Origin: Pristiophorus japonicus
Taxonomy: Eukaryota
Length of the DNA: 64,000 bases
NCBI RefSeq assembly: GCF_044704955.1
Contig: NC_092003.1
Location: 3,782,001-3,846,000 of the forward strand
Reading direction: 5' to 3'
The stretch's first letter is position 1, and every line of letters starts with the position of its first letter. Positions 59,940 through 64,000 of the stretch are shown here, one piece after another. The notes under the pieces were generated by a model, which was given only the letters and a program-made list of their open reading frames with translations, was not told the origin of the DNA and made no database searches. The position numbers and the translations under genes are program-made.

Positions 59940-61485
59940 AGTGCGGCACTCCCTCAGTACTGACCCTCCGACAGTGTGGCACTCCCTCAGTACTGACCCT
60001 CCGACAGTGTGGCACTCCCTCAGTACTGCCCCTCCAACAGTGCGGCGCTCCCTCAGTACTGCCCTTCCTCAGTACCACCCCTCCGACAGTGCGGCGCTCC
60101 CTCAGTACTGCCTCTCCGACAGTGCGGCGCTCCCTCAGTACTGCCCCTCCGACAGCGCAGTACGGCGCTCCCTCGGTACAGCCCCTCCGACAGTGTGGCG
60201 CTCCCTCAGTACTGCCCCTCCGACAGTGCGGCGCTCCCTCAGTACTGCCCCTCCAACAGTGCGGCGCTCCCTCAGTACAGCCCCTCCAACAGCACAGTAC
60301 GGCACTCCCTCAGTACTGCCCCTCCAACAGCACAGTACGGCACACACTCAGTACAGCCCCTCCGACAGCACAATATGGCGCTCCCTCAGTACTGCCCCTC
60401 CGACAGTGCGGCACTCCCTCAGTACTGCCCCTCCAACAGTGCGGCGCTCCCTCAGTACTGCCCCTCCAACAGTGCGGCGCTCCCTCAGTACTGCCCCTCC
60501 GACAGCACAGTGCGGCGCTCCCTCAGTACTGCCCCTCCGACAGCGCAGTACGGCGCTCCCTCGGTACAGCCTCTCCGACAGTGTGGCGCACCCTCAGTAC
60601 TGCCCCTCTGACAGCGCTCCCTCAGTACTGCCCATCCGACAGTGCGGCGGTCCCTCAGTACTGCCCCTCCGACAGCGCAGTACGGCGCTCCCTCAGTACT
60701 GTCCCTCCGACAGTGTGGCTCTCCCTCAGTACTGCCCCTCCGACAGTGCGGCGCTCCCTCAATACTGCCCCTCCGACAGCGCAGTAAGGCGCTCCCTCGG
60801 TACAGCCCCTCCGACAGTGCGGCGCTCCCTCGGTACAGCCCCTCCGACAGTGCGGCGCTCCCTCAGTACTGCCCCTCCAACAGCGCAGTACGGCGCTCCC
60901 TCAGTACTGCCCCTCCGACAGTGCGGCGCTCCCTCAGTACTGCGCTCCCTTAGTACTGCCCCTCCGACAGTGCGGTGCTCCCTCAGTACTGCCCCAACGA
61001 CAGCGCAGTACGGCGCTCCCTCAGTACTGCCCCTCCAACAGCGCAGTACGGCGCTCCCTCAGTACTGCCCTTCCGACAGTGCGGCGCACCCTCAGTACTG
61101 CCCCTCCAACAGTGCGGCGCTCCCTCAGTACTGCCCCTCCGACAGCGCAGTACGGCGCTCCCTCAGTACTGCCCTTCCGACAATGCGGGCACTCCCTCAG
61201 TACTGCCCCTCCGACAGTGCGGCGCTCCCTCAGTACTGCCCCTCCGACAGTGCGGCGCTCCCTCAGTACTGCCCCTCCGACAGTGCAGTACGGCGCTCCC
61301 TCGGTACAGCCCCTCCGACAGTGCGGCGCTCCCTCAGTACTGCCCCTCCGACAGTGCGGCGCTCCCTCAGTACTGCCCCTCCGACAGTGCGGCCTAGATT
61401 TATGTGCTCAAGTCCCTGGAGTGGGATTGAACCCACAACCTTGTGACTCAGAGGTGGGAGTGTTGCAAACCGAGCCTCTGGCTGA
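59940..61485 (-). repeat. DeuSINE head + ~1.45-kb 33/38-bp minisatellite
   Basis: Array includes a 38-bp variant (CAGCGCAGTACGGCG); tRNA-like head at ~61415-61485. Confidence 0.88.
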
Positions 61486-61583
61486 CTCTGTTGCAGTCTG
61501 GCGTCTAACCCACTCGCACTCTCTCTCCAGCCGCCATCGTATCTGTGCGCAGTTTGTGTGTGTGTGTTTTTTTTTTTGTTTAC

Positions 61584-61775
61584 TTGGCCCTGATGTCCTC
61601 CATTTTCTCCTTCCGCCTGTCCTCGGCGATCTTCCTCATCTCCTCCTCCTGCATCTTCTGCCGGATCATCGACAGCTCCTGGCCTTGTTTCCGCCGCTGC
61701 TTTTCCCGGTCTATCTCGTCCTTCTTCTCCCGTTCCTCTCGCTCCAGCTGCCGCTGTTTCATCAACTCTTCCAAC
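61584..61775 (-). CDS. UBXN1: UBXN1 coding exon, coiled coil ([64 protein letters not shown]); upstream exons not found in the window
   Basis: RRQGQELS-like motif; CGTAG acceptor, GTAAAC donor; 192 bp, phase 2/2. Confidence 0.93.
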
Positions 61776-62196
61776 CTACGGGAGCGCGGGGGGTGGGGGG
61801 GGGGGGGGGGGAAAGAGACACACAGTCCAAAGGTTAAGCGGTTAAACAAAAACCGCTTTCGACATTTCAGTAAATGCACGGGGCAGCCCCCATCGAAACA
61901 TAAGAAATAGGAGCAGGAGTCGGCCATTCGGCCCCTCGAGCCTGCTCCGCCATTCACTCAGATCGTGGCTGATCCGATCATGGACTCAGCTCCACTTCCC
62001 CGCCCGCTCCCCATAACCCTTCACTCCCTTATCGCTCAAAAATCTGTCTATCGCCGCCTTAAATATATTCAATGAAACAAGTTGTGTACTAAGCTGCAGG
62101 ACTGGCAACAGATTTGCATTTCTATAACGCCGATCACAACCTCGGGACGTCGCTAAGCGCTCTACAGCCCAATGAAGTACTTTTTTTTTAAACTGT

Positions 62197-62486
62197 TGTT
62201 ATATATGCAGACTATAGATATACTCTCTGTATAGTCACTGTATAGTTGCATAAGATGGAGACTTGTTTATCTGATGTACTTTCAATAAGGTTTACACTGT
62301 GTATATACTATGCTGGCACCACTAGAGGGTGCAACTGGTGGAGACTGGGGTTTCCTGCCCTGATGGTTGGGGCTGCATAAAAGAGTAGTGCTTGTGCCTC
62401 ACTCGAGAGTTACAAATAAAGGACCAAGATCACTACAGTTTGAGTACAACACATTGCCTCGTGGAGTCATTCATTGGTACAGTACA
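62197..62486 (+). mobile_element. Short LTR-like insertion in a DeuSINE, carrying a CTCF-type motif
   Basis: Interrupts the SINE consensus CACTGTTGTAATG; TG...CA ends; CATAAAA and AATAAA; CCACTAGAGGGTGC at 62319-62332. TSD unclear. Confidence 0.55.
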
Positions 62487-62538
62487 GTTGTAATGTAGGA
62501 AACGTCGTCAGCCAGTTCAGCAATGTGATAAAGACCGG

Positions 62539-63148
62539 TGTAATGTGTGCACTGGTGTCTATACCCACAAGTCTGTCGAGCTGTTGCCTGCTCCTGGGCC
62601 TGGCCAAGGTGGCCATTGACCGGTCCAGGCAGCGGGCGGTCGAGGGGTGTCGTTCAGCCCCGACTGCCTGCCTCTTGTCCGCGGCTACATTCGCACCAGG
62701 GTGACCCTGGAGATAGAGCACGCCCTGTCCACCGGTACGCTCGCGGCCTTCCGCGAGAGGCGGGCGCCAGAGGGACTGGAGCGCACCATTTCAGGTCACA
62801 AAATTTTTTATTTGATTTAAATTTTCTGTAAAAGTTTATTTGGAAATTTGTGGGTTCAAATTTGCCCTTGCCAAAAGGGGGCGCTGAATTTAATGTTCTG
62901 CTAAAATAGTTGTCGAGCTGTTGAGTGGGAGTGGCTTAGCCAGTCACGTGACATTCACAAGACTCAATAAAACCCCGGCCAGTTGGGTTCGGGGGATCCA
63001 CGATGAGGCAGGTGGTTGTGAGCCTGGTGGATGAACTGGTAATGTGTCGTGTGATTGTTAAACCTTTGCTAATAAACCAATTAATTCTTAATAGCAATGT
63101 GTTGCTATGAATTCTTCAGCAAACAACCCACAAACCAAACACATTACA
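62539..63148 (+). mobile_element. LTR-like element with perfect 10-bp inverted termini, split by a LINE insertion
   Basis: TGTAATGTGT...ACACATTACA; near-TSD ACCGG/ACCCG; AATAAA motifs. Confidence 0.65.
62587..62910 (+). mobile_element. 5'-truncated Tx1/L1-clade LINE with 13-bp TSD TGTCGAGCTGTTG
   Basis: LLLGLAKVAI.RSR C-terminal ORF2 motif, T-rich 3' UTR; exact direct repeat at 62574-62586 and 62911-62923. Confidence 0.75.
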
Positions 63149-63544
63149 ACCCGTGAGATCTTTTACGTCCACCAGAAAGAGCGGACGGGGGGGGCCTGGA
63201 TTTGATGTCTCGGCTGATGGGCAGCGCCACAGAATCAGCTGGGGTTACGTGCTCGAGGCATGGAGTGAAACTTGGGAGCGTACCGCCCCCATCTGGGGCT
63301 GCAATTCTTCACAGAAATCTCAGCTGTCCCATCAGGGTACATTAAGCTGGGACTTGGTATTCACCACCTATAAAAGTGTGGGGGGGGGGAAAAAGAGCGG
63401 GGGAGGAGAGTGGGAGATGGCGGAGAACGAGAGGAAGAATTACCCCTCCCTCTCACCGAACTCCCGTTGTGTGGTCAAACAGCGAGACACTAAAGGATAA
63501 CTTCTTAAAGCTCCATGGCGGGTTGGCATGGTGTTAAGACAGAT

Positions 63545-64000
63545 ATCAGCAAGGGCAGACATTGATGACGAGATCCAACACCGCCTCCAGTGCACCAGCG
63601 CAACCTGAGGAAAAGAGTGTTCGAAGACCTGGCCCTCAAATCTGGCACCAAGCTCATGGTCTACAGGGCTGTACTAATACCCATAAGGCTCAGAGACATG
63701 GACCATGTACAGTAGACACCTCAGGTCGCTGGAGAAATACAACCAATGATGTCTCCGCAAGATCCTGAAAATACCCTGGGAGGACAGACACACCAATGTT
63801 GGCGTCCTCGACCAGGCCAACATCCCCAGCATCGAAGCACTGACCACACTCGACCAGCTCCGCTGGACAGGGCCACATTGTCCGCATGCCCCAGACACGA
63901 GACTCCCAGAGCAAGCGCTCTACTCGGAACTCCTTCACGGCAAACGAGCCCCAGGTGGGCAGAGGAAACGTTACAGGGACCACCCTCAAAGCCTCCCTGA
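63545..64000 (+). mobile_element. RTE LINE fragment (runs off the window)
   Basis: Same RTE sequence as the other copies. Confidence 0.88.

Overview
This is repeat-dense, GC-rich vertebrate genomic DNA. The CR1/HER1-like, RTE and L2 LINEs and the tRNA-headed DeuSINE (SacSINE1-like) point to a cartilaginous fish, probably a shark (inference). Four spliced protein-coding genes are recognisable, all with GT-AG introns. BBS1 (- strand): last 6 coding exons plus part of the preceding exon, 15676-31861. DPP3 (- strand): first two coding exons, 32448-40148. DMAC1/TMEM261 (+ strand): complete 2-exon CDS, 43830-46559. UBXN1 (- strand): last 5 coding exons, 49790-61775. A 200-N gap (31862-32061) cuts through a BBS1 exon and must hide most of DPP3 and the 5' half of BBS1. 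DPP3 and DMAC1 diverge from a CpG-island promoter. It carries an ~40-bp-phased array of 11 CCAAT boxes, several of them preceded at exactly 9 bp by a PBX/PREP DECA-like motif; this is the most striking structure I found. Bases 1-12228 are a ~4.1-kb segment triplicated in tandem with SINE-chimeric junctions, and a partial inverted copy lies in a BBS1 intron. Other notable items are many minisatellites grown from internal pieces of SINE/LINE elements, four LTR-like inserts, and a Tx1/L1-like fragment inserted into one of them with a 13-bp TSD. Most long ORFs in the supplied track are artefacts of these repeats. All homology calls come from recognising the translated sequence, not from database searches.
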